A DNA stretch of 64,000 bases, taken from assembly GCA_963845755.1 (NCBI GenBank), contig CAWJTV010000038.1:96001-160000 (forward strand), written 5' to 3'. A program made the translations under genes and the position numbers. The stretch comes from an uncultured Planctomycetota bacterium. GTDB lineage: Bacteria > Planctomycetota > Planctomycetia > Isosphaerales > Isosphaeraceae. How positions within the stretch are numbered: position 1 is the first letter of the stretch; every line of letters begins with the position of its first letter. The notes beneath the pieces were generated by a model, which was not told where the DNA came from, did not search any database, and was given only the letters and a program-made list of their open reading frames with translations. Of the stretch, positions 43,165-52,736 are shown piece by piece.

Positions 43165-43734
43165 ATGGGAGCGAAGAGCCAGCCGCGGGGATCAGGCTTG
43201 ACCCCGGAGCAGAGGGCGCGGATCGAGGCCATCCGGGTCGCGAACCGGACGCCGGAAGCCCGGGCGCGCCAGGCCGCCGTCCGGGAGGAGTATGCCGACA
43301 AGCCGGGGCTCGTTGAGTTGATACAGCGGGGACAGGCCGATTCCGAGCGCATCACGACGATGGGGGCGGTGGGGGCCTTGCTGAAGGCCACGGCGGTCGT
43401 GCGCCGGGCGCGTGAGGCCAAAGGGCTCTCGTTGACCGACGTGTCCCGCAGATCGGGGCTGCCGCTGCCGGCCCTGAGCCGGCTGGAATCGGGCAAGAAC
43501 CCGCGGCCTACTTTCGAGACCCTCGCCCGCTACGCGTCCGGCGTCGGGCTGGAAGTCAACGTCATCATCCGGGAAAAAGGGGAGAGCGAACACCGGACAT
43601 CGACCGCGGAGGACGAGGTTCTCACGGTCCGCTCGGCGGACCTCGATCGACTCGTCGCGACGATCCAAGGGCAGATCGACGCATTCCGGGCTTCCTCCCA
43701 CGGGGCCACTTCCGCAGCCGGCGGCGATTTGTGA
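43165..43734 (+). CDS. XRE/HTH_3 transcriptional regulator, putative antitoxin
   Basis: RRAREAKGLSLTDVSRRSGL...ALSRLESGKNPRPTFETLARYA; starts 3 nt after the toxin stop. Confidence 0.85.
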   Translation: MGAKSQPRGSGLTPEQRARIEAIRVANRTPEARARQAAVREEYADKPGLVELIQRGQADSERITTMGAVGALLKATAVVRRAREAKGLSLTDVSRRSGLPLPALSRLESGKNPRPTFETLARYASGVGLEVNVIIREKGESEHRTSTAEDEVLTVRSADLDRLVATIQGQIDAFRASSHGATSAAGGDL

Positions 43735-43880
43735 CAGGCATCCGGCTCAGAGCTTGGGAAAGGGTCGGATTCCCGATCCCGAATTCACGATTCAAGATTC
43801 CTAAGCCTCGGCTCCATCCGGGCTTAACATCCATTCGGAATCTTAAATATGTGGTCTTGAATCGATCCTTTCACAGCCTC

Positions 43881-44777
43881 TCAGATCAAAACCTTGCGAG
43901 GATGGATCCAACCTTCCGACGGATTCGACTCGGCCAGGGCCACGAGCCGGCCTTCAGGATCGATCAGCACCAGCTCGCCCGGGGGAATGACCGTAACGCA
44001 GAAGTCTCGAATGGCGAGTCTTCGTCCCGCCGCCACGGCGAGCACCTGCTCGGCATCGAGAATCTGTCGCGGCAGGCCGGTGAGGGCGTCCAGGGATGGG
44101 TGGAGATGTTGAAGGATCGACTCGGTCGAGAGTGCGTCCAGATCCACCGCCCGGTCGAGGGTGAACGATCCGATCCGGGTGCGGATCAGGGTCTCCACGA
44201 GGCCGCCGCAGCCGAGCGCCTCGCCGATGTCGCGGGCGAGTGAGCGGATGTAAGTCCCGCTGCCGCAGTCGATCTCCAACTCCAGGTAGGGCCAGTCGTA
44301 ACGGACCACGGTGATGCGGTCGATCCGGACCCGTCGCGGGGCCAGATCGACGGGTTGGCCGGCCCGCGCCAGGTCGTAGGCGCGCCGGCCCTGAACCTTG
44401 AGAGCCGAGTAGTCAGGCGGCGTTTGCTCGATCTCGCCGATCCAGGCGGTCGCAGCGCTCTCGACGTCCGGCGGCGCGGGAACTCTGGCGTTGGTCTGGT
44501 AAACGATCTGGCCGTCCGCATCGAGCGTGTCACTTCGTGCGCCCAGGAGGACAACGGTGCGGTACGACTTGGGCAGCCGTTGGATCCACTCGACCAGCCG
44601 GGTCGCCTGGCCGATGCAAACGATCAACACGCCCGAGGCCAGCGGATCGAGCGTCCCCGCATGACCGGCCTTCGCGCCGCCGGCCTGGCGAGCCACCCGA
44701 TCGACCACCGCACGCGATGTCAGGCCCCGCGGCTTGTTGACATTCAAGATCCCGCGGACTCCGTCCCGAGTCCCCAT
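43881..44777 (-). CDS. truB: tRNA pseudouridine(55) synthase
   Basis: GILNVNKPRGLTS, GHAGTLDPLASGVL, QTPPDYSALKVQG, CGSGTYIRSLARDIG. Confidence 0.97.
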   Translation of the reverse strand: MGTRDGVRGILNVNKPRGLTSRAVVDRVARQAGGAKAGHAGTLDPLASGVLIVCIGQATRLVEWIQRLPKSYRTVVLLGARSDTLDADGQIVYQTNARVPAPPDVESAATAWIGEIEQTPPDYSALKVQGRRAYDLARAGQPVDLAPRRVRIDRITVVRYDWPYLELEIDCGSGTYIRSLARDIGEALGCGGLVETLIRTRIGSFTLDRAVDLDALSTESILQHLHPSLDALTGLPRQILDAEQVLAVAAGRRLAIRDFCVTVIPPGELVLIDPEGRLVALAESNPSEGWIHPRKVLI

Positions 44778-45132
44778 GCGCCCCTCCCTTACTTGGCGGT
44801 TCACTCCTATCTCCTCTCGGCACAACGCCTTTACGACAGACCGAGATCCGACCGCACTTTCTTGCTTGACGCCAGCCGATCGGTTGACTTAACAATAACA
44901 ATTCCCAGCGAAGTGAGTCATGATGGTTGCTCGGCTGCACAATGGATGCACGCCGCTCTCCAGCAATACCACTTCGAACATTGAAGGATCTTCGCAGCCG
45001 CGCATCAGGAAACCGCTGGAGAAAGCCGTCGCTTTCGGGAAATCCCGGGGACCTGGTTTACAGTGGATAGAGGGGAGAACCGTCCCCGATCGTTTGGGTT
45101 GCGGCTCCGCCGCGTCAAGGTGTTCATTCACG

Positions 45133-45720
45133 ATGCCGATTCTGCCTGTCGAGCCCGATTGTCATCCGTTGAACCTCTGGGAAGAGCCGGACGCGCTGCC
45201 GGCCAAGGAGGAGGGAACCTGGTTGTGCTTGCATACCAAGCCCCGCCAGGAGAAGTCGACCGCCCGCGACCTTCGCGAACAGGGAGTGGTTTATTATCTG
45301 CCACAGGTTGTCAAAGAAAGTCGAACGCCCAACGGCCGCAAACTCCGATCGATTGTGCCCCTGTTCCCGGGATATCTGTTCCTTTACGGCGATGCGAACG
45401 ACCGGTTGGTGGCCTTGCGCGGAAATCGACTGGTGAACGTCCTGACGGTAGTCGACCAGGAAGGGCTGGTCCACGACCTGCGCCAGGTCAACACGATGCT
45501 CCACTCGGGCCTCGCCGTCTCGGACACGCCCATGGTTCCCGTGGGGGCGAAGGTCCGGATCATGACCGGCCCACTGACCGGAATCGAGGGCACGGTGATC
45601 CGCCGGGGAAATCGAGATCAGTTCGTGGCCGTGGTCCACTTCCTCGGCCGCGGAGCCATGGTCGACCTCGAGGATTGGCAGGTTGAACAGGTTCGGGGTC
45701 AGTCCGAATCGGACGGCTGA
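45133..45720 (+). CDS. Specialised NusG paralogue (RfaH/UpxY-like antiterminator)
   Basis: WLCLHTKPRQEK, YYLP, PLFPGYLFL NGN domain; VGAKVRIMTGPLTGIEG KOW motif. Confidence 0.9.
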   Translation: MPILPVEPDCHPLNLWEEPDALPAKEEGTWLCLHTKPRQEKSTARDLREQGVVYYLPQVVKESRTPNGRKLRSIVPLFPGYLFLYGDANDRLVALRGNRLVNVLTVVDQEGLVHDLRQVNTMLHSGLAVSDTPMVPVGAKVRIMTGPLTGIEGTVIRRGNRDQFVAVVHFLGRGAMVDLEDWQVEQVRGQSESDG

Positions 45721-47403
45721 GGCCCCAGGGTCGCGGATCGAGCGGCCTCGGCACAGCGGCGTGCCTTCTCCAGACGTTCGGTCGGGTCATAACGGTATCC
45801 GGCCACCCTCTGATAATGGACACGCGTCCGTTCCCAGACGGTCGCCCATCGCGAGGCGTCCATCGCGAAGTGCCGGGCACACTCGTCCGGGTCCAGCGGC
45901 AAGGCGATCGAACGCGATGGGCCGAAGATTTCTCGGATCGGCAGCTCTCGCAGCACGGCGCCGGCGAGGGCGACGTAGCCGGCGAGCGTGGGATGGTGCG
46001 TATCCTGGATGACACGGTCGCCGATCAATCCGTTCGGGCTGATCGCGGCGAGCTCGCGGCGGCCGTCGATGAGGAGGCATCGGGGATGCCTGCGGGCGAC
46101 CTCCTGGTAGGCCGCGCGGAAGGGGGCCGGGCAGCGGATGGGTAGTCCGTCGTGATCCAGGGCGGCGAGGTAGTGGCGGCCCGCATCGGCCAGTTCGCCG
46201 TCGCGTTCGCGCAGCCGCGCCAGGCGGAAGTGGGCCTCGGCGAAACTCGGGTGCCGGCTGAGGATGGCGGCGTAACCGCCGGCGGCCCGCGCCGGGTCGC
46301 CCGACTCCTCGGCGCGCGCGGCCTGGAACTCGGCGATCACGCGTTGACGCTCGGCCGGCGAGGTCGAGGGGGGGAGCGTGGACCGGCTGGGCTCGTATCC
46401 CGACTCATTGGCCGGGGGAACGATCAGGATCGGCAAGGCGCCGATCCGTTCGCAATAGCTGACGATGGCCTCGAGCCGCTGCCGGAAATCGGCCAGGATG
46501 TCGGCCGACTCCGACGGGCTGCACAGGGGCGGATCGATGAGCTGGTGACGGCCCGTCAAGGGCGGCGGACGATCGAGTCGGTTCTTGCTGATTCCTTCAT
46601 AGGCCAGCCGGCAGAACGGGGAAGCCAGGGTGGCGCGATAGATCCCCTGGAGCAGGCGATTGCCAGGCTCCTCGTCAACCCATGGGTCGCGCTCCTCCTC
46701 GAACCGGGACGCGAATTCGTTGTGCCCCGAATAGATGATCACGGCATCCGGGCGCCGTTTCAAGCCGGCCAACTTGTGATGCTGCTGCTCCAGCGAGTCG
46801 CCCAGCCACGCCAGGATCTCGCATTCGAATCGTCGCTCCGGGACCGCCTCCTGAAGCTGCCAGGCGACGATCTGGCCCACCGACAACCAAGGACGATACG
46901 GCTCTCCCAGCGCACTGGAGCCGCCGAGGACCACGATCCGGTATTCCTCGGGCGGCGATGGCGCGAACGAGGTCGGCAGCGCCGGAAATCGGTGCATCCA
47001 GCCGCGCCAGGCCGCCGAGCCGAGCTCGAGGACCACCAGTGCGAACAGACACACCAGGCAGACCGCGAACCCGCGAAGGATCGCCGGTCGAACCCTCGAC
47101 TGGCCCGCGCACCGCGACCGCGCCGCCAGATAGACCGTCAACGGCGTCCCGATCACGGCGGCCAGGACCAGCGCGCTATACCCGAAGAGTACGCCCCGCA
47201 ACGCGACCTCGATCATCCCCCGCAGGATCCCGCGGCAGGACGGGAATCCAGCCGGGGAGTACGATCGCTCCCATCACCAGCACGGCGACCGGGAGGGCCA
47301 TCGCCAGGAGTCGCAACGCCGTGAGAAGCCGTTGCCGTCGCGGCGGTGCCGGGACCGGCCCGGTGGCGGTCGTCGTCTCCTGGGTTGTGGCGTCTTGGTT
47401 CAT
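45699..47403 (-). CDS. Membrane-anchored SGNH/GDSL-like protein with TPR; frameshifted near 47220
   Basis: N-terminal TM helices; RIVVLGGSSALG, IYSGHNEF, FAEAHFRLAR, DTHHPT. Confidence 0.8.
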
Positions 47404-47406
47404 CGC

Positions 47407-48012
47407 TCAGGTCAGCCCGGCCGCTGTGACGACGGCCTCGCACGAGAATTCCAGACCGGGAAGCAGACGAGTGCGGTAGAGGACCGGAGGCTCGACGACG
47501 TTCTCCACCCATCGATTCCGTACGCGAGGCATCACAACCATCACATGCTTCTTGGGGTCGACGATCCAATACTCCTTCGCGCCGAGACGCAGGTATTCGT
47601 CGGGCTTCTCCTCGTAGTCGCGCTTTCGCGAACTGGGGGAAACGACTTCGATCACGAGTTCGGGGAACCAGTGACGCCAAAGACTCGCATTGTCAATCGG
47701 TGGTGATGCCTTTAGGTAGACCGCCAGATCGGGATGCCTTTCGGAGCTGAGGGTGGGGATCAACAGTTTGCATCCGCTGGCGGGCGCGATCATGTGAATC
47801 CGTCCGGGATGCATTATCTCGTAGGCGAAGAGTTGCCGGCAGATCGCGTAAGCCAGGATCGCATGGAGTCTGTTGGGTACGTCGGACACGGTGATGATCC
47901 CCCGGCTCAGTTCGTAAAGATACCCTTCCTGAACTTTGGCATGCTCGAATTCCTCGAGGCTCATCCGCCGGCCGTGGTCGGTCGGACCGATTCTGGTCAA
48001 GGTCTTGCCCAT
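47407..48012 (-). CDS. Uma2 family (DUF820) putative endonuclease
   Basis: YELSRG, PDLAV, PELVIEVVSPSS..RD..EK...Y...GAKEYWIVDP, LLPGLE. Confidence 0.92.
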   Translation of the reverse strand: MGKTLTRIGPTDHGRRMSLEEFEHAKVQEGYLYELSRGIITVSDVPNRLHAILAYAICRQLFAYEIMHPGRIHMIAPASGCKLLIPTLSSERHPDLAVYLKASPPIDNASLWRHWFPELVIEVVSPSSRKRDYEEKPDEYLRLGAKEYWIVDPKKHVMVVMPRVRNRWVENVVEPPVLYRTRLLPGLEFSCEAVVTAAGLT

Positions 48013-48042
48013 CGGATCGGTTTCCTCGCGTTCGGGGATTCT

Positions 48043-50454
48043 TCAGCGTGCGACCGAGATCTCCAGGGGGATTCCCAGACTGGCCGGGGCCAGGCAGAGG
48101 CGGTCGTTGCAGGCCTGATAGCTCAACTGGAGTTTCATGCGGATCGTGCCCGGCTTGGCGTCGGCGGCGAGCCGGATCCGGACGATCAACGGCACCTTCC
48201 CTTCGTAGAGCGGGACCTTCTCGGTGCCGATCGACCCGAGGACCTTGGCCTCGCCGGCGGGGTAGGTGACCTTGAGCAGCGTGGCCAGCGGCTCGGAGGT
48301 CCGGTCGAGATCAATCGTGGTGGGATTCAGCTCGGGGACGCCGGTGGGATTTGCGTAGAGATGCCAGCCGTCCTGGATCGTGAGCGAGACCACGGCTTCA
48401 CCTTCACCGCCGGGGACAATCGGTCCGGACGCGCGGGCCGTCGCCGTGACCACGCCGGACTTCGCGTGATCCGCGGCGACCGGCGCCAGCGGCGCGTTCG
48501 CGCCCGGTTCCTGGTCGAGCTCACGCTCCAGGGCCATCAGCATCATGGGCATCGCGAAGCCGCGCTCGGACATCAGTGTGCTGAAAGCGCCCAGCGCCTT
48601 GACCGCGTGATCTCGGTAAGACGATTCGCCGGTGGCACGGTAGAGCTCCAGCAGGTTGAGGATGGCGATGCTGTTGCCGCTGGGCAGGGCGTTGTCGAAG
48701 GGGTCTTTGGGTCGGGCCAGGAGGCTTTCATGTCCCTCGGCGGTGAAGAAGAACCCGCCTTCCTCGCGATCCTCGAAGTCGGCGAGCATGCGGTCGGTCA
48801 GGGCCCGGGCCTCGCGGAGCCAGTGGGCGTCGGCGGTCGCGGCGTGGAGCTGGAGCAGTCCGTGGGCCAGGAAGGCGTAATCCTCCAGGTAGGCCGCGAG
48901 CTTGGCCTGGCCCAGGCGATAGGTGCGCAGCAGGCGGCCGTCGGCTGTACGAAGTTTGGCCAGGAGGAACTCGGCGGCCTTCTCGGCGGTTCGCCGGTAT
49001 TTGTCAACGCGGAGGACCCGGTAGCCGTCGGCATAGGCCGCGATCATCAGCCCGTTCCAGCCGGTGAGGACCTTGTCGTCGCGCAACGGGGCGGGCCGCT
49101 TCTCGCGCGCGGCCAGTAGTCGGGCGCGCAAGGGCGCCAGCCGGGCTTCGAGGTCCTTCGGGGTGACCTGGAGCACCTCGGCCTGCTCGGCGCGGGTCTT
49201 TGGTTCGAGGAGGACATGGCGGCCGCCCTCGAAGTTGGGCTCGCCGGTCAGGCCGTAGACCCGGGCGAACGTGCTGGTCTCAGGACCCTCGCCCAGCACC
49301 GATTTCACCTCGTCTCGAGTCCAGACGTAATACGCGCCTTCCTCGCCGTGGGTCTCGGCGTCGAGGGCCGAATAGAAGCCGCCCTCTGGCGCGGTCATAC
49401 TCCGCTCGACATACGCGAAGGTGGCCTCGGCCTCATCGCGCCATCGGGGGTCCTTCGTGACCGCGTAGGCCATCAAGTGGGTGGAAGCGAGCTGGGCGTT
49501 GTCGTAGAGCATCTTCTCGAAGTGGGGCACGGTCCAGGATCGGTCGGTGGAATAGCGGTGATAGCCGCCGCCGAGATGGTCGCGGATCCCGCCGCGCACC
49601 ATGCGATCGAGCGTCATCTGGACCATCTCCAGCGGGCCGGGCTGGGCACCGGGGACTTTCCCGACGGACCTGCGGACCTGCTGATCGAGGAGGAACACGA
49701 GGTTGACCGGTTCGGGGAACTTGGGCCGGCGCGGGTTGCGGGGGTTGAAGCCGAAGCCGCCATGCTCGGGGTCGAACTGGCGCGTCAGTTCGGCCAGTCC
49801 CTCGACGGCCCAGGTCCGCGACAGGGGCAGCCGGCGTTGACCGCCAGCGGCCCGGAGTTGCCGGCGCGTCGCATCGGTCAGGAGGGCGGCCGACTTGTCG
49901 ATCTCGGCCCGCTGATCCCTCCAGGCGTCGCCGACCGCCTTGACGATGTTGAGGAACCCCGAAGACCCCTGGCGAGCGCGCGGCGGGAAATAGGTCCCGC
50001 CGAAGAAGGGCCGGCCGTCGGGGGTCAAGAACATCGACATCGGCCAGCCGCCGGGACCCATCGCCTGGAGGGCAGCCATGTAGACTTGATCGACGTCCGG
50101 GCGCTCCTCGCGGTCAACCTTGATGCAGACGAACCGGTCGTTGAGCAGCTTGGCGATCTCGGCGTCCTCGAAGCTCTCGCGCTCCATCACGTGACACCAG
50201 TAGCACGAGCTGTAGCCGATGGAGAGGAAGATCGCCTTGTTCTCGGCCTTGGCCCTGGCGAATGCCTCGGGTCCCCACGGGTACCAGTCCACGGGGTTGT
50301 GGGCGTGCAGGAGCAGGTAGGGGCTGGTCTCTTTGGCCAGGCGGTTGGCCGGCCGATCCTCGCCCTGGCCCCCGGCGCCGGACATCGTGCCCAGGCTCAG
50401 GATCATCAAAGCCAGGATCGGGAGACGTCGCAACGGGGGAGTCCGCAGGTGCAT
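48043..50454 (-). CDS. DUF255 thioredoxin-like (YyaL/SPATA20) protein with signal peptide and C-terminal DsbD-N/DsbC-like domain
   Basis: [56 protein letters not shown]-terminal GWHLYANP...YQACNDRLC. Confidence 0.92.
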   Translation of the reverse strand: MHLRTPPLRRLPILALMILSLGTMSGAGGQGEDRPANRLAKETSPYLLLHAHNPVDWYPWGPEAFARAKAENKAIFLSIGYSSCYWCHVMERESFEDAEIAKLLNDRFVCIKVDREERPDVDQVYMAALQAMGPGGWPMSMFLTPDGRPFFGGTYFPPRARQGSSGFLNIVKAVGDAWRDQRAEIDKSAALLTDATRRQLRAAGGQRRLPLSRTWAVEGLAELTRQFDPEHGGFGFNPRNPRRPKFPEPVNLVFLLDQQVRRSVGKVPGAQPGPLEMVQMTLDRMVRGGIRDHLGGGYHRYSTDRSWTVPHFEKMLYDNAQLASTHLMAYAVTKDPRWRDEAEATFAYVERSMTAPEGGFYSALDAETHGEEGAYYVWTRDEVKSVLGEGPETSTFARVYGLTGEPNFEGGRHVLLEPKTRAEQAEVLQVTPKDLEARLAPLRARLLAAREKRPAPLRDDKVLTGWNGLMIAAYADGYRVLRVDKYRRTAEKAAEFLLAKLRTADGRLLRTYRLGQAKLAAYLEDYAFLAHGLLQLHAATADAHWLREARALTDRMLADFEDREEGGFFFTAEGHESLLARPKDPFDNALPSGNSIAILNLLELYRATGESSYRDHAVKALGAFSTLMSERGFAMPMMLMALERELDQEPGANAPLAPVAADHAKSGVVTATARASGPIVPGGEGEAVVSLTIQDGWHLYANPTGVPELNPTTIDLDRTSEPLATLLKVTYPAGEAKVLGSIGTEKVPLYEGKVPLIVRIRLAADAKPGTIRMKLQLSYQACNDRLCLAPASLGIPLEISVAR

Positions 50455-50626
50455 CGCAAGGTCCTTCCGCGGGAGCGCGGTCGCGAGAGCGCGAGGCGTC
50501 CGCCGAGCCGCGCCGGCTCGCGATGACGCCCTCGCCTTGGGTCGGCTCGGCGCAGTGAAGCGGTCCCTCGTCCTTGATTCTACGCGGTCGCCCGCGGTAC
50601 TCCAATCGGGGAGGACGCTCCGCTCA

Positions 50627-52500
50627 TCACGGTCCACTGGGCCGGGCGCGGCCCGAGGGCATGACCTTGACTCGGGCCTGATCTTCCAGCGGCGGCCCGC
50701 TCGAGCCATCATGGGTCGCCGTGACCCTGCAGATCGCCACCTCGGGATCGTCGCCGGTGACCTCGACGACGATCCCCATGAGGAGCTCTTTCTGGGGTCC
50801 GAGACTCTTGATGCCCTTGCCCTGTTCGTCCACGAAGATCACTTGATTGCCGGTGGTCTCCCCGGTGATCCCTTCCGGGCAACCGGCCACCTCCATGGCC
50901 TTCAGGTTCTTGGAGAGGGTGGCCGTCAGCAAGATATTGGTAGCTTCCTTGGTGCCGTAGTTTCGCAGGCGAATCTGGAAGGTGGTCTTGCCGCCGACGT
51001 CCACGACGCGGAGGCGCTCGCTGACGACGAGGTCAACATCGGGCAAGCCGCGAACATCGGTGGTCACGCTCGCCCTGTCCTGGAGTCCCCCGTCGCCTCG
51101 GGCCTCGGCATTGATGTCGTAGAAGCCGACGCCCCCCATGCGCATCTGGAAGCCGAGGATCTGCGGTTTGCCACCGGGCTCGATCCGATCGATGAGCCAC
51201 TGGATGCGACGAGTCCCCTCATCATAGCGGGCCCCCGCGGGAAGCGGCTGGAGCAACCGCCCGCGGACCGGCAAGGTCGCGAGGACGCGGACCTTCCGCG
51301 CCGGCGCCGTGCCGGGGTTTTCGACCTTGATCACGAAAGGGGCGATGGTGTCGGTGTAGCGTTCCTTGGGCGCCGTGAGCGTGATCTTGAGGTTGGGCTC
51401 AACGACTTTGATCGATTTGATGCTCTGGGCCTTATCCTGTTCGTCCTTGACGTCGGTGATGACGTCGGGACTGGTGGCGGTGACCGTGCACGACTGGTCC
51501 CCGCCCTTGATCGCGTCAACCTCGAGCGAGTCGAGCTCCTCACGCTGATTGGGGGCCAGCGTGGGGAGCGTCAATTCGAGCGTCTGCTCCTCACTCTTCT
51601 CGCCCGAGCCATGCCGGAGTCCGTCGGTCAGCTTCGCCCGGATCGTAACATTCCGCGCGGGCCCGTCGCCGAGGTTGGTCACGGCGATCTTGAATGCGAC
51701 AGGCTGCCCTTTCAGGACATTGCTCGTGCTGACCTCCTGGTCAACCTTCAGCATCGGCTTGAAGACCTGGCTCCGCGCCTTGCTCGCGACCTGGAACAAG
51801 ACCTTCGCGACATGGTCGAAGGGCCCCGTCCGGACCGGCTTCACCGTCAAGGTGATGACGTTCTCGGAGCCGGCAGGCAGCTCGTTGATCGACCAGCTCA
51901 GGAGCGATTCCTTCGCGCTGTACGCCTCGGGCTGACTGGAGACATACTCGAGGCCGTCGGGCAGCGTGTCGAGGATCTTGACGTTGATCGCGTTGGAAGT
52001 GCCGGTGTTCCGGACGATGAGCCTGAGAGTCGTCTTCTGGTTCAGGTTCATGCTCGCGGGCCCCTGGACGTCAACCGTGACGGCGACCGACTGCTTACCC
52101 AGGGGGATCGGATCCGTCGCAGGGGCGTCACTGCCGGGATCGATCGACCGACCGCCGGCCGTGGGTAACGTGGCGCCTGCGCCGGCAGGCTTCGGATCGC
52201 CGGCCGGCACGGGGCTCGGCGGCTGCGCGTTCCCATCGGTGAGCCGGAGTGCCGGGTCGGATTTCACGGTATCGGGCCGTGATACGGGCCGGCTGACCTC
52301 CGGCTTGGGCTTATTGACGGATCCGGACGGATCGTCCGGGGACTTGATCTCATCCGAGATCTCGAGGGGCGAAATGGGCGGTCCAGGAGCATCGGTTGCC
52401 GGGATCGGAACCGGTTGAGCCTCATTCTGACCGCGCCAACCGGGATGGCCGGCGACGCCAACAGGATCATCCCCAGAATCAGCAAGAGTCGCCGGCCCAT
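50627..52500 (-). CDS. Secreted DUF11-repeat protein; frameshifted near 52430
   Basis: Signal [16 protein letters not shown] in another frame; VRNTG...[24 protein letters not shown] and [11 protein letters not shown] repeats. Confidence 0.85.
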
Positions 52501-52736
52501 GGATCGATCCCCTCCTTGGGAACGGCCCCGGTGGACACCACGCGAGCCACAATCGTTGGATCCTCGACGCCGCCTCGAGACAGGGCGACCAGGCGGCGAG
52601 CGACAACCCGTCCCGGTCGCAAGCGCACGTGAAGCGCGGACCGAGTGACTGGCAAACCAAGCCGTCGCGGATTGATAACAGATCGGCTCGGATCGAGGAA
52701 GGTCAAATCGCGGAATCGACGCCGGGAGGCATCGAA

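Noticed and set aside
6118..48012. DUF4058 and Uma2 genes as a defence system
   Set aside because: Both are commonly scattered, expanded families in planctomycetes; they are 40 kb apart with no partner genes
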